In this document: piece by piece, positions 1 to 15,400 of the stretch | How the letters are laid out: every line of letters starts with the position of its first letter | Numbering within the stretch: position 1 is the stretch's first letter | Source of the DNA: Phoronis australis | Taxonomy: Eukaryota; Animalia; Phoronida | Reading direction: 5' to 3' | Assembly: GCA_002633005.1 (NCBI GenBank) | Contig: NMRA01000618.1 | Span: 118,232 to 182,231, forward strand | DNA: 64,000 bases | The notes under the pieces: model-generated | Seen by the model: only the letters and a program-made list of their open reading frames with translations | Database searches by the model: none | What the model was told of the DNA's origin: nothing | Program-made: the position numbers and the translations under genes

Positions 1-1018
1 AATTCTCTCAGGTTATTGCTGAAGGATTGCTTTTCACTTTGTCCAACGGTGAAATAGATGGTCAGGCGGTTGGTTTCAGTTGTTTTTTCTTGCCTGTAAC
101 AGAATAGAAATATTAGCATATTGTAAAAGAAAAGACAAGACAAAACTACTTTTGTAAGGCAGAACTAATAACCTTTGTACCCAAGTCTTATTTAATATCT
201 GAATTAATATATGTGAAACAGGCTAAAAGTGATTTAACAAAGTGTATTTTTCATGGCACTTAAAATGTGCTTTTGATCTCAACAAGTAAAATTCATTCTA
301 GGTGTCAATTTTGTTCCAATGCAACGTTACGACATTTACTGAATTAAGGCTTATTCATGTTAATTCGATAACTGAGCTGGGGGTGGGGTCCACGATAAAA
401 TAAGGAAACAAACTCATCTTGAGAATTTTATTGGAAACAGCATAGTTTTGAAGAGAAAATGCTGTGAAAAAGTCACTCTTGACTTCTGTGCATCACGTAC
501 CATACACCTCTTATTTTGGGAGCACTCCCACCCAGGACAATATGAATATGTGCTCCTAGCCTACCCGGCATCGGGTGAGTTTCCAAAAAGAAACACTTAG
601 TTCCACTCAATAAAACTGTTATTCAGTGGGGTAACTGGTGGGGATAACATCACCGAACGATGTTGATAGAAACTGATTGCTAAAAACTTACCAAGTAATG
701 TTGTGTAGCCTCCGAACGGAACTGCTTAGTCCTAGAGCACACACGGGGCTTCAGTATCCACACACTTTTGTCAGTTAGTTGACCCTGTTGACCGCAATTG
801 TCCACGAATATAGTAACCTTAGGTCTTTTGGGAATTTGTGGCCACCTGTCGAAGACTTGCACCAGGGAAATTAGCAGTAATAAGGCTTAGCGCGACGACT
901 TATTTTGATAAAAATTCCATCTTTTACCAGTTGTTTACATGCAGACAGCCACTCATGCGCAATTCAATCACCACTAGTACAGCAGCGACACCGCGAGGAG
1001 AATTCTCCGAATAGCCCC
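1..1018. mobile_element. Right part of an ISL2EU-like (PIF/Harbinger-related) DNA transposon, copy 1
   Basis: Near-identical to 6282-7361. Ends in TCCGAATAGCCCC followed by AT. Minus strand has a THAP-like remnant (KPRVCS). Confidence 0.75.
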
Positions 1019-1879
1019 ATTTGTTGTCGTTTGGTTTTAGAAGCAGCGCTACCCAGCGGCAGTTGACGGTACTAATTCAGCTTGAACGCAGTACTGTTAT
1101 AAAAGATGAAATTTTACTATGGTGTGAAAAAATTTTACCTGCGTTCCTGTTTTCCTGGTGAGGCCAAGAACTTATTGAACGACCCTCATATGTCCATCCA
1201 GAATTTCATAATACTGACGAACTCCAAAGAATGTTGCCTGAACGACAAATCAAAGGGGAAGGGCGGGGGCTAACCTCGACTTCCGATGGGAACAAAACCA
1301 CGCGCTCTTAAGTTTCTTGACATTTAATGCCGATTTGTTGCCTGGTAACCAGTAACAGGTACGGAACAGGCTGGAATTGAGAGCATACTCTACTTCCAAT
1401 AATACGAACATCGTAAAACAAAGCGGTGCCTTCTGAAACCAGCTTATGGACAGCCATGATGGACATTGTCAAAGGTCATTTTCAAGTCTAAGTACGGCAC
1501 AAATATGGCGTTCTCTCAGTCCAAGTCGGACAGCAAGCAATATGAAACGTCAGTCAGGGCTGTGGCTGTGTAATGCTCGGGTCTAAAACGAGACTGATAA
1601 CCAGAAATAATATGATTTTCCAGCAGATAAACAGTAGGCCTACATAATCCTGAGAGTGAACGATCCTCTCAAAAACCTTCATGACTTCGGTAATACCGTG
1701 ACAGTTAGGTCTGTATTTCCAGAAGTAGGCCTAATTTCGTTCACTCTTTTTACATCAGGAGAAATTTTAGACCCTCCTTTGTATCTGCTGTCAATGAAGG
1801 AAGGGGAATCGAGGGAAGGAAGCGTCCGATGTGAGAATTTATACGACGAGAACATTTTGGTGCGTTGCTTCTGTTTCAG

Positions 1880-2053
1880 TCAAAGAAGAAGCAACCATTG
1901 AAAGTTTTGCTAGCCGTCTTTCACAGAGCATCCTATCCTACGCTGGAACTGTTATGAAACTGAAAGAGGTTCAGAAAGTTTTTGACGAAGCTGAGTACAA
2001 ACTTCACGTTAATAACGGTACACGTAAAATCCTGGAAACCAAGAAGGCAGCGG
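1880..2053 (+). CDS. alpha2delta-like exon (N-terminal helical region)
   Basis: tttcag acceptor; KEEATIESFASRLSQSI...GTRKILETKKAA; G|gtgagg donor; phase 1-1; joins 8575. Confidence 0.75.
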
Positions 2054-5000
2054 GTGAGGTGTTCAGGGGTTTATTGAAATCCGTAGAGCAAGTTTCTGGC
2101 GACAACGCGATTAAAAGTTGTGGGTTTTCCGGCTATAGTGTAGACAAGAAAAATGGTTGTCCCTGAAATGATGAAGTAATTGGTCCACATAACTGGAATG
2201 TTGTATTAGAGAAAATTCAACGGAAGAGGGTCGCCAGTGTCTTGCGCTACGGATTGTAGACGAGGGCCCTGAGTCCATCTCCGAACTCTTACTATACTCG
2301 AAGTTTAACCTGTCAAGCACAAAGTTCCATGGTACCGTGCAATTGGTCAATTTTCAAGGCACGTTTCAAGTATTCTACTGAGACTAGACTTCGGGCCCTC
2401 AGTGATACCGAATTGAAATGTGCAGTCTCGTATTTGTAGAGCGGCACTTAAAGCCCATCGTATGCTGTGGTCCCATATTTTATGATTCATATCCCAGTAT
2501 ACATTGAACCGACAGCCCAATGTAGTATTCTAACGGAGCGCTATCAAGGGCAGGGGATGAAGCAGTTAACATAAATCGTGGATTTCAGCTTTGATTCACT
2601 TAAAGCGACATTGTCGGCGAAAAAAGGCAATTTTCAGAAACCCGTTGCTGAGCAGATTTGAACCGAAAATCTTCGCGTTCGAAGCCAAACGCTCTGTTGA
2701 CGAGCTAAATAATAAGCGATGAGCGACTGATTACTATCAGGGTATTGAACTGATTGTCATTGACATTGAGGGATAATTGACTGTTGATGCCGTGCATTAT
2801 TTTTGTCATTGGTTATTGTGTTTTATTTTCATACCACGCTGTTTATTTTCTTTATAGGTAGCAGTACATCTTTCGCCCCTGTGATTGGGGTTTTTTAGTA
2901 AGCCGGTTCTTTCCAGTGGTTACAATACCATTTGCATAGTCTAATAGCAGCTTGACCGGCCGGCTATTATTGCGTATTAGCCTCTGTACATATATTACGC
3001 GGGTTTTGGTGACTAGCGTTTCTCGTGTATAGCGACATTCGTTGACAAGCTCTGTAACGCGAATCATGTGTTTTCCTCGGACTGTTGGCCAAACTGTTGT
3101 AATATTACTCAGTATTATGGCATAGCATGATGTACTTATGTGTATCTACTAGCTAAGTTCAGAGCGTGTATAGTTGTTGTTTATCGTATAGTTTCATTCA
3201 GCTGCTTTTTTGGCGTATATGTTGCGCGGTACCCAGTTCATAGACTAAATAGTTACGGGTCGCAGTTAGGCAGTTGTTTGTGCATGGTAATGGTTTCCAG
3301 TTGTAAAATAGACAGTACGGGTTCCAGTTAATTGTGTATTGTTAGCGAGGTACATGTAGTATATGCCTGTGATGGAGTCATTGTCGCGAGTCTTTCTAAC
3401 GCTCCTTGGTATATAGTGCTTGTTAATTACGCTTGCTTGCCGAGTACTCAGACTGTGTTTTTCTTCATTACAGATTACCCCTTTTTCAATTTCTCCTTTT
3501 CAACGCTTGTTCGGACACTTTTTTCATCGTTTGCAACTAAATAATAAAGTGTGTTGTGCAAACGGCTTTCAACTTATCCCTGTAGCCAGACGCGGCTACA
3601 TTGACAATTCGTAACAAAATCACCAAAATACAACGTATATTATTGTTAGGCAGATCTGTTCAAAACATATCATTTCTAAAAGTTTATCCCGTTCAACACT
3701 TAACCAAAATGCGTTTTCGGCCGTCAAACAATGATGTTCCTTTAAACGAATCAAAACTTTTTCGAAAAATAACCGAATTGTTAAATTTTACATTATATCA
3801 CAGAGTTGACAGCAACTTTTCGTTTCTCTTGATAATGGGGCTATTCGGAAAATCTACAATAACTAGAGGGCGTGCGTGTACTAGTGGTGATAGATTAACA
3901 GCCTCGATTTCGCGAGCCCTTTAAATACATGGTGAAATGGCTTGCAGCCGTGCCAACTGAATCTGAGATTGCGTAAAAAGGGTGCTTCTATGAGAGGAAG
4001 TAAGCACGACCTCATACAAAGGTAAGGTTTGTGATTATTTTTACCATTATTCCATGATTATTCTACCGATGCCTGTTAACTGAGGCACTCGCCGATGTCG
4101 ACTTCGCGGCAGTCAGTCGCCAGCCAGAGTCTGGTTAATCTTTATATGTTGTGATATGTGATACGATACTTGACGTAGCAATCGGGATCTTTTCGTACAT
4201 CAAAGCATTATTATTGTTTGGAATGATTTCTAAAAGTTTATCAGTGACAGTTACATCAATCAATGCTGAATGTTTATGCTGTCAACTCGATACAGGTTAA
4301 TGAGTTAAGATTACAATCCAATCCCAATGGCAAAGGGTACGTGAGTGATAAATATCCATTGCATTAGACTATTTGTTTACTCCCTATCATATGTCTTCTG
4401 GAAATCTATTACACGTTGAAATGGAAATCTATCACGTCAGTTTTCACGTAACCTTTGGTTTTTAGGTTTGAAGGCTTGTACCGTGCAGAGGAGATATGCA
4501 TCGCTTCTGCACCGTCCCTGAATGGACAAAAATTGGTTTTTAGCATTTGACTGCAGCTAACCAACAAGATCTTCCCATCCAGTGCAGATCTGTTGTCAAA
4601 GCCTACTTTCAATATTGGAGACAACGAACAAAGCCTTTGAAAAGGAACAGCTATTTTTAAAGTCATTTTGTTAAATTACTTATTCAGGTCCCGAGGGGGG
4701 ATTGGCATGGGGGGTTGTAATATTTGGTACAACTGAATGTGTGGAAATAACAGGTGATACATGTTTGGGGAAAAGAGCATGGTGAGGTAATTCTTAACCT
4801 TCACGAAGTCCCTTCAAGTTGATTTCATGAAACTGTTTTGCTACTTGTATCAATTGTAAAACCACGAAAATATATTACATTTTCCGAATTCACAGTGACT
4901 GAATAGTCTTAACTCATGCCTTGAAATGTTGCAAGTCGTTATAAATTCAAATGACTGCCATTTTTGTGAAAATTGCATTTTTGATGGTGCCTTACGATTT

Positions 5001-8000
5001 GTAATTACTCTTAAACAACAGAAAGATTATCCATCATTTTTAAATGACCCAAGTCTTCATATCTTCTATTAGAAGAAAAACGGTTCCCTCAACCTTAGGC
5101 TAGAAGTATGCTTGACAGACCCATGAACCTGTAATCTGAGTTTAAAATTGCTGAAAGTATCAAAATTAAAAAGGCTTGAAAATGGGTAACAAAGGTTTGA
5201 AGTTGTCTCAAAAAACTTGTATATTTTACAGACAAGTGATGCGTTTAAAGAATTGTTATGGCTAGGGATAAAAAATAAAGACACAGTTTTATGCAATACT
5301 CATTATATACACCCTTGGTTTCTGAAAATAGTAATTATTTACTTTTATGTGAAACTGTAGACCAATCACCATATATTTTTGAAAAACAGGGATAACATTT
5401 TTGATCCAATCTGGAGTACTTAATTATTCATATTTCAATATTTGTTCCAGGTTCAGTGACATTTTAAGGCCACTTCAAGCTGTATCATAGACAAGCTTTG
5501 TTACTCCGTTCTCTTCCCACAGCACTTCCACACACCAGCAGTGCTGCATGGCACAATGTGCAAGTCAGTGGCCCTGGAGAAATGTGAATCGCAGTACTAA
5601 GTTACCATAAGACAATGTGCCAGTGGAGTGTCTGTGTATCCAGATGAACTATATCTGACTGCTACACAAATAAGCCTTGTTGGCGAGGATGCCCTTTCAT
5701 AGGCAATGAGTCATGTGTGGACAATAGCTTATTTCCTTTCCTGGAAGAAACATGAGGGACTGAAGCTAAAGAAGACCTAGTCACACTCTGGTCTAGTTCA
5801 GAGTCTGATTTTGGGCTCAAAACGATTCAAGTGATATGCTGCTGTGTTTACCTTCAAGGGTCTAATTGTGGATGTTATTGAGGCTGAATGAGGTTACATG
5901 AAAGAAAGCCACGTGTTGAAACTGGACCTTTTTTACAAGCGCTTCTATAGGCCATTGAAACTAGAACCCAGTGAAATGAAAGCCAAAAGCTGAGTGACAT
6001 TAAATTTTCCTTTCAGAAGAAAGGCTTTATACTATTGGTAAAAACTTTTCAATTTGGTACAGATTATGGGGAAATGACATTCAGTGACTGCATCGATTGT
6101 CTTATTGTATGTTTTCAATTGTAGCTAGCTGGATAAGAATCTGCTATGCACAAGATTCGAGAATAAACAATTATCAGTGTATTTAAAAACAAATGGCAAA
6201 CTGAAAAAGCACAGAAAGAAACAACATTGCGAGGGAGTCCATAATCAGACATATCAGGTGCTGAATTTCTGAATTACGTTCAATTCTCTCAGGTTATTGC
6301 TGAAGGATTGCTTTTCACTTTGTCCAACGGTGAAATAGATGGTCAAGCGGTTGGTTTCAGTTGTTTTTTCTTGCCTGTAACAGAATAGAAATATTAGCAA
6401 ATTGTAAAAGAAAAGACAAGACAAAACTACTTTTGTAAGGCAGAACATACTTGACATTTCATCTTCATGTTTATGTGTAGAAACTAATAACCTTTGTACC
6501 CAAGTCTTATTTAATATCTGAATTAAAATATGTGAAACAGGCTAAAAGTGATTTAACAATGTGTATTTTTCATGACACTTAAAATGTGCTTCTGATCTCA
6601 ACAAGTAAAATTCATTCTAGGTGTCAATTTTTTTCCAATGCAATGTTACGACATTTACTGAATTAAGGCTTATTCATGTTAATTCGATAACTGAGCTGGT
6701 GGTCCTGGGGGTGGGGTCCACGATAAAATAAGGAAACTCACTCATCTAGAGAATTTTATTGGAAACAGCATAGTTTTGAAGAGAAACTGCTGTGAAAAAG
6801 TCACTCTTGACTTCTGTGCATCACGTACCATACACCTCTTATTTTTGGAGCACTGTCCCACCCAGGCGAATATGAATATGTGCTGCTAGCCTACCCGGCA
6901 TCGGGTGAGTTTCCAAAAAGAAACACTTAGTTCCACTCAATAAAACTGTTATTCAGTGGGGTAACTGGTGGGGATAACATCACCGAACGATGTTGATAGA
7001 AACTGATTGCTAAAAACTTACCAAGTAATGTTGTGTAGTCTCCGAATGGAACTACAGTACATAGTCATAGACATTAGAGCACACACGGGGCTTCAGCATC
7101 CACACACTTTTTGTCAGTTTGTTGACCCTGTTGACCACAATTGTCCACGGATATAGTAACCTTAGGTCTTTTGGGAATTTGTGGCCACCTGTCGACGACT
7201 TGCACCAGGGAAATTAGCAGTAATAAGGCTTAGCGCGACGACGTATTTTGATAAAAATTCCATCTTTTACCAGTTGTTTACATGCAGACAGCCACGCATG
7301 CGCAATTTAATCACCACTAGTACAGCAGCGACACCGCGAGGAGAATTCTCCGAATAGCCCCATTCTGACCGGGGTAGTACCAACATCAGTACACATCACC
7401 AAGATGGGTGTCTGTGCTGTTCACAGTTGCTTGACTTAACGTGATGATGGAGCACGTGCTTTGAAAGGCAATAGGTAAACAGTTGTTCACTACCGAGCTT
7501 ACGTGTACGGAGAAAAAAGACATATAATATCCCCCGTGCGTTTACTGGGAGGAGTATACGATCCGATAAATTACTACAACAGCAAATTTAAATCAAAGGA
7601 GTCAATACTCAACATTGTCGTTGTGTGTTCGCATACGGTGAAGTTGTTGCAAATATACCAATTTTTAAAATTTTCAAAGACTGTTTAAGTTATTGAAATG
7701 TTTAGAAAAAAAAAAAACAGAAATCTTACATTGAAAACTCTGTTCAATATTAATCGTGACATTACTTATACGTTTATTTTTGTTGTCCGCCATCTTGTGT
7801 GCCAGGACAGAACCATTTTCTTTTCAACGCATGAATCGGAAAGTGCCTGTTCACTGATTTCCGATTGAGTTTAAATTCGTCATCATGAGTCCGTGGGCTC
7901 AGAATTTCAAAATCTTTAAAACAGTTGTCTGAGTCACCTAGCAATTTTATATTGACATTTTCACCTCGTTAATACGTGTACATTGTGAATAAAAAAATAC

Positions 8001-9244
8001 CAATTCACGTGCAATTTGGCTGTCAACTTCGTGAAAATAACAAAATGCTCGAAGTTAGAATTGATCTTAATTCCTTCATTTTCAACTAAAAAATGCTGAT
8101 TTATATAACAATGGTAGAATGGCCCTGAAGTGACTGAACATACCCACGCACTGATTAGACGTACATGTAAACACCGAGTAACGTGACATACATGTATACC
8201 TTTTTCTAAACTTAGAATCGCATGTTCATTCTCATTAGATATTCCAAGGAAGATCATATTCTACGTGTAGATATACCGCGTGTCCCATAAAGAATTTGAT
8301 TGGTCAATGCTGTACATGTAAGTTACATCATCCACAGGCGATTTTCATTTTCGCAGACTATGTACAATTTGAAATGTGGGAACTTTTCAAAGAATTATGT
8401 AGAAATTTCTCACCTAGCCTTACAGGAAAAAATAAATGACCTGTTGAAAGTACTAACACAGTGTTCTCCTACAGCCTAGGGCTCACTACATGTATGAGTG
8501 CTCAACAAGGACGTTCACGCAGGCTTGGGCTAAAGGATCTTAACTTTCACCAATTGTGCTTATTGATTTTTCAGAAAAGTTCTTCAACGCAAAAATCAGG
8601 ATGATTCAGAGGACGGTTTCCCGTATCCAGGCGTTGTACGATGACTTCCACTTTGACGATCACTATAAACACGTGGATGAGCTAACGGTCCACATATTTC
8701 GTGACACTTCGTTCCCGGAGCGTTACGTGGATTATTTCCCATTAAAGTATAACAGGTTAGACAAATTCTTACACTTGTAAAGCACGTGTTGAAAGTAACT
8801 GTATAACTTATGGTTGATCAGGACAAGATTTTCTGGCTCAAACAATTTGGTTTTGCCCAGACACAGAACATCGTCTTATTCTAAGTCCTTCTTTATTCAG
8901 ACCATCAAACAGTGGAACAATTTGCCTAATAGTCTTAAGTTGCTGATTGTTATGATAATTTCAGTCACCACCTCATCACCTGTGGTCGTCACAGATGTCC
9001 CTCCTTCTTGTCTTTGAAATACATTTACCAAAATTTTTTATTTATATATTTATTTATCGTTAATTCAATTTGTTTATCCAATTTGTAAATACTATTTTAT
9101 TTAATGTATCTTATTGTATCTTAATTTAATCTGTTTATCTAACTTTTTAATTAATTTAATTTCTTGCTGCAGAGGACCATGCTGGATATTAGCCTTTGGC
9201 TAAAGCATGTTTTACATTTATTATATTTTTATCCTCTTTAATTA

Positions 9245-9275
<31 letters not shown>

Positions 9276-9374
9276 GTAGTAGTAGTATTGTTATTAATAT
9301 TATTATTATTATTATTAAGTTGATAATAATAACAATAACAATAATAAATTGTCATAATATCTACAATACCAACA

Positions 9375-9459
<85 letters not shown>

Positions 9460-12400
9460 CAGTAGCAGTAATAATAACAACGACAACAACGGTAATGATA
9501 ATGATGGAAATCACCTCATAGATTATTACATGGCGGAATCGTTATCGTTTTGACACACCTATTGTTAAAAGGCATCAACTATAACAACAAAGCGATTTAC
9601 TTTAACTTTGCTGCCCAGTTCCACACCTCGCTTTTACACCTGTCAGTACTAATTTCTGCGAGCCAATACCATCCTGATTGTGACGGCCTCCTTATTTGGA
9701 TAATCACGTGATTTGACTCGCCTGTTAGGTGTAGTTATTTTACACTCTTCGCAATGCCTTGGTTCACCACATGATAACGAACAAATACATGTACTTACTT
9801 TCACATTTAAAAGGGCTGTAGTCAATACATAAACGCTTTTTATCACCCTGTGCGCAATGTATTATTCCAGTAAGGTGATTCTCTCTAAGCAGGTTAAAAT
9901 CTTTTACTAATATTTTTTCTACTTGAGGTTGGGACACGAAACTGCATAAACGTAAACAAACTCTATGGCAAATAAATTATTTAGCAAGCAAACGTCGAAA
10001 TGTGGTCCATAGGCCAAAGTGTGTTTTCATTTTGGAAATGTACCTGTACGTGTAGGTCGAGTTGTTCATAGATGCTGATGGGGGGAAATTTTCCTCATTT
10101 GGTGAAAAAACTATTGTATTCAAAGTAGTACAATTAGGCTTGTCTTGTCAGCTTAACTAGGCCACCTTTAACACAGGCGTTCTTAGCTTCCGATTGTCTT
10201 CAATACACTATATACATGTATGATACTTTCCCATTGTCTTCAATACACTATATACATGTATGATACTTGCGAGTCACATGAGTTACAGTAGTACGGAAAT
10301 GTTGCTGATTTCTCACGGAAGGTCAAGAACTCCCCACTTAGCTGTTATCTATCCATAAACCATCGGATCATTCAGTAAATGACGTTGAACCGACTCGCGA
10401 GAACAGGACCCTCCAAATGCTGTTAAGAGAAATAATAATTGCTCTTGGTTTGTTGAATTTCTGTTTTGTGTAAATTTATTGAGATTTGTGTTCAATATGG
10501 ACGGCTGTGGAGTTCCAGACCCGAGTGTCAGACCTTTTGGTAATATGTATATGTATACCTGATCATTTTTATCGCTATTTATGGGCCATAAATAAATCAA
10601 TATATCGAAGCTGTCAAGTCTCTAGTTCACACAGAGGTACGCTTGCCATATAGGATTGAAGTTCACGCATGCGCAGACAGCGTTCACTTCCAATGGCGTT
10701 TGGAACATCTCAAGTGTTTTCGTAACGCCTGCATATCTGTGGTTTTTGTCAGGGCAGTTTGATCATTGCTCAGCAATTGGCATTTCTTTCAGCAAGTATG
10801 GACTACATGTCAATTTGGAAGGATCTGCTTTGATCATGCCTTATCATCAACTACGGTCTGACAAAAAGCTGGTCGATTTCGTACTATGGACTCACCAAGC
10901 CGACAAGATGTTTGTCGCCAATGCAAAAGAGGATACTGATATAGCGTATGTGTAGAATTTGAGGATGATTTGATTTGGTTAAGGTTGAATGAACATTAAA
11001 TGGAATGCGTCGCCAGGCCCTTGGCCCATGTTCATCGTGCGAGTAATTTGAGACTGGATTCAACTTCAATAACCGTGACGCGGTATGACGCATATAGCCA
11101 AAATCACGTGTTCGCATCGAAAATACATTGCTATATCTCGCCCAATGTTGCGTCATTGAACTCGACCTACGCTACGTCATGCTTGGTTAAAAAGTTAAGA
11201 CTGTAAAAAGAGTTTGCTTTAATGTTGTTGTAAAAAGGAAGCTTAACTAGCTTTTTCTTTACTTAGCTCGGAAGTGATTTCTGGTTTGGAAAGAACAGAC
11301 TTGTAATGGCGGGATCTTCATGCGGGGAACAAAGTGAACTGTGTTAGCTTTAGGGCAGCTTTAAACACCAAAATTGCAAATGATTGCCTCAATCGCACAT
11401 GTAATCTAGATGACCTTTCCGAGGTGAAATTTGAATGAGTCGGTTGGGTGGAAAATCTACTATTTATAGCCACGGAAAATAACATTCTCATTTCACCGGA
11501 GGATTGTTTTGGTACTCTGACGCTCATTCGTCACCATTTCATTGAATGACGATTTTCTGACGATCGATGTATAGTGAATTGCTTAAATAATACCCCCCCT
11601 GTCTAAGGTCATGACTACCTTGGAAATCTCAAAATGCCTGACGTCTCTAAATCTTACCTGATCAGAAATGACTGATCGATTCAAGTGCAACTTGTTATAG
11701 GCCTAGTATGATTTTTGACATTTACTTATTAGAAACTGTTTGGAGAATGTGTCTTTTTGTAAAAGCTGCTATGAAAATGGGGACTGATATGATTTTCATG
11801 AAAGGAATCCAAAGCTGCGTAAAAGAGAACGAAAACATAATTTAGAACGACAAGGAGTCTGACCATTTTACCCCGTATGCAATTCCTTTGTCGTCCAGTC
11901 AGGCATTCAGAAGGTCTACAGTTATGACGTGTATCAACAACTGGAATTCTTTTCCAGTCTCAACAACGAAAAGCAACTCTTTTACGAGTTTAAAAAATTA
12001 GAACTGCTTTTCACAATTTTGACTACTCAATAGCCCTGACACAATTCTTGCTTGCCTACCTAAACGAAATACCATTGTCCTGATTGAGATGGGGTCTTTT
12101 CCTCAACTCCGACAAGTATAGACTCAATTTTAGTAATATCTCTCCAAACTGTAAATGCGGTGACCACCAATCTTATCCTCATGTTTTCTCCAAATGCGCC
12201 CTCATTGAATAACCGAGAAACTCGCTCTTTCGTGCACTCAATGAAAACCAATTAATTGTAAAAGCTTTCAATTCATGTCATAATATTTCTACTAAAGTTA
12301 CATTCTTATTAAATGGTAGTCCAAGCTTCGACCTTTTTCTCAATGAATTCCTCTTAAGCAATGTTAGTAAATTTTTATGCATCGCGTATAAATCTTGCTG

Positions 12401-15400
12401 CTTTTGATTTCCATATCTGTACATGTTTTTGTGCTTAATATGTTCGTAATAGCATACATGTAACTAAATATTCCAATACTTATTTTAGTTACTACTTGCA
12501 CGTATATAGTTCTGTGTATACTACTTTCATCTATGTACTGTCTACAACCCAGATGGTTCGCGATTTCTGGGCTTGTCATTATTTTCCTTGTATGTTCTCA
12601 TGTGTGTTCTTCAATAAATTTATATTACCTAGAAATAAACAAGGAGTCTAGACACGACTCCGTGACCGCTACTGGATTCCAGCTTCGACCCCCTGAATCC
12701 CAGTCCCGGTCCATGAGCAGACATGAAACCATTTTGCTCCAGAACATGGGTTCAAAAGATCGTAGCTGGAATCTGGTGACGCAGCCGTGGAATTGTTTCC
12801 ATTTTTTTAGTCCAGTGACACCTTCTCACGATTTCTTCGTGAACTTGCTCATGGAATTTTAAACAGGAGTCCCCGGTACACCATCTTGAATATCTACATG
12901 TAGTTAAGTGCATTAAACAATCCAATTTGGGTGCGTTTCCCGTTTACGAAGACGGAGGAGTAACGGAAATTAAGACCAGTACATTTGGAAGAACATCGAA
13001 TTGATTGTCTGAAGTTTGAAATTCTGTCATTCATAAAACATCCAGGATTGTCACATATCGTTTTTTAACAAACTTAGTCAGCTGTAACGCAAGGCTTGCT
13101 CGTGGATTGTCTTCTCATTCCACGGAAGCCTATTGCAACCATAGAAATACTAATGGCTTTACCAGCACTGTACAAGTAGATACACGTACGCCTCGAGGAC
13201 GAAGCGTCATGTGCAGCACTTCGTCTCAAACGTAACAATTAAAGTCAGTGGCTGAAAACTCTCCTTGATTCTATTGCACAGAAAAGTCACGGGAACGTGT
13301 GCAATAAAATAATGTACAAAACTGTGCGCCTGTTGATCATGCCTAGTAAATATCCAGATCACAGCTTTAACTCGTACAAACATACTCCTCACGAAAATTG
13401 CTGACAGACGCCAGTAGCAGAACGCTCAAACGAGGTGGTTTGTTTCACTGACCATTAGATAGCATAAGTGTACAGGGTAGCACGGTCGACCACACGCTGA
13501 CTAACAATAGGTGTATACTATCTATTCTGCAGACTGTACTGATTAAAAGAGTAACGCTCCGATCGAGGGGAATACTTTAATTTATTTTAAAGCCGACATC
13601 ACAGTAGTTTACATGCGCGCATCGGAAGTGAGCAAAAAGGTCAGCCTCAGAGAAACGAAGACTACGAGAAGATGAGACAAAAATCCACTAAAAGAGCAGG
13701 AACTACCGAAATTAGGCGAACACGTAATTCACGGCTCTCGTCGTACCGCATTTTTTAGTAATAGGTCCAAATCCCCAAAAATCGAGCCCCTATTGTTTAG
13801 GCTGGGTGCGTGCATGGTTTACCTATTTTTTAACAGTCATTAACTGCACGACGTTTCAAAACCTCTTTTAATGGGAGAAAAAAATCTTGTTCAGCTGCAT
13901 ACACAGACTTGCAGATAACGGAAGAGATTTGATTCCATGAATATTATTAGTGTAATCATCATGTAGTACATTGTACACGGATAGCCATCTCTGAATACAT
14001 GTATTCGAATTCGCACAAGGCTGTAAACTACCATTCACTAGCAGGGCCAGCTGAGCCACGCTTTTACATCCGGTAAATAGGTCACCTGCTAATTAACCGG
14101 AAAGAAGCGCCCCCTCTGAAAACTCCACATAGCAATATCGTAGCTGTGAATCTCTTGTCTATAATCATTATAGTACAACACGCCTCTTCCAGGTGGCAAT
14201 ACTTTTCCAGCCATATTATCAACTGTACCTGTTTGTATCCGATGCAAAAACCGAGCACCGATCACATTGGGTTTCCAATAGAACACGATGTTCGCGACAG
14301 ATCGTGGTACCTCACAGCTACCCGCACCAAGAAGGACCTGGTTATTATACTAGATACTAGTCTGTCAATGGAGCGGGTTGGGAGGTAGGTCGTTGTTTGA
14401 GCTGCTTTGCACTGTTTTGATACATGGGAACTGTGTGATGACTGGGCTACTGCAAACAACAAATAATTCCGACACATGCAGTGAGTTAGGCAACGTTCAC
14501 CATAATTCAGTGCCATTGCAGAGTCTCACAATCGCGGAAATTATTCTTTTGATATGCCCCTGATGGCGCTTCAATGAAATTTCTTACCTCATGAGACATG
14601 TTTGACAAACGGCGCTAGTAACAAATTAACTGTCGCAAGCAACTGTAAATGATTCCAAGCACATTCATAGATTGCCAACCCTTTCCCATCAACTGAGATT
14701 CACTGATTCATTTGTCGTCGATTCAAAAGCTACATCTACATTATGTAGAGTAGGCGCTAGTACAGTCTGTATGTTATGCACTTGCCTATAATTTCAATGA
14801 ATTCATTAGGTGCACTGGAGATGCAATAAACAGCCTACACCTGTGTTCAAGTGGAATTGTTAAGAATAAGAATACACTTGTTCTGTCATCCACATATATT
14901 CCCCACTTTGCTCGCCATCTTTCATAGGCTACGGCTTGCTCGACAACTCATCAGTGAGATCCTGAAGCTTGTTACAATAGTTGATAAAATCAACATAATC
15001 TCTAGCCAAGGTAGCTATGTGACCAAGCAGGGCGTTATCACAAGACTGGAACATATCCAATCGGCGTCCTGCTCAGACGCCTCCAACGTTTCCAATCTAG
15101 TGGAGGGAACGGAATACAACAAGAAACGGCTACTCAATTGGTTGGCGACTGTGCAGCCGGATGGTTCGTCTGTATTCCTGCTGTAAGTTACCTCGGTGCC
15201 TCGTTTCCATTGAAACCCACGATTGACGTATAATGCACGAATATTTCCTTCGCACTTACATTTTTGTAAACGCTGCAAGAGAATGCTCTGGTAAGTATTC
15301 AACATGTTGGCACCTGTAAGTTTGAGTTGCCTTAGGTTTGTATTTTTGTCAACATGATGGAGCCTGTAAAACTAAGGATGTCAAGTATGCATAGCTGATG

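Noticed and set aside
1020-1879. Signal-peptide first exon of the alpha2delta-like gene
   Set aside because: No ATG-initiated hydrophobic segment with a phase-1 donor found; it probably lies upstream of the window.
9245-9553. Poly-Ala, poly-Ser and poly-Asn ORFs (also poly-Met/Ile at 36985-37427 and CVRA repeats at 44912-45301)
   Set aside because: Translations of microsatellites.
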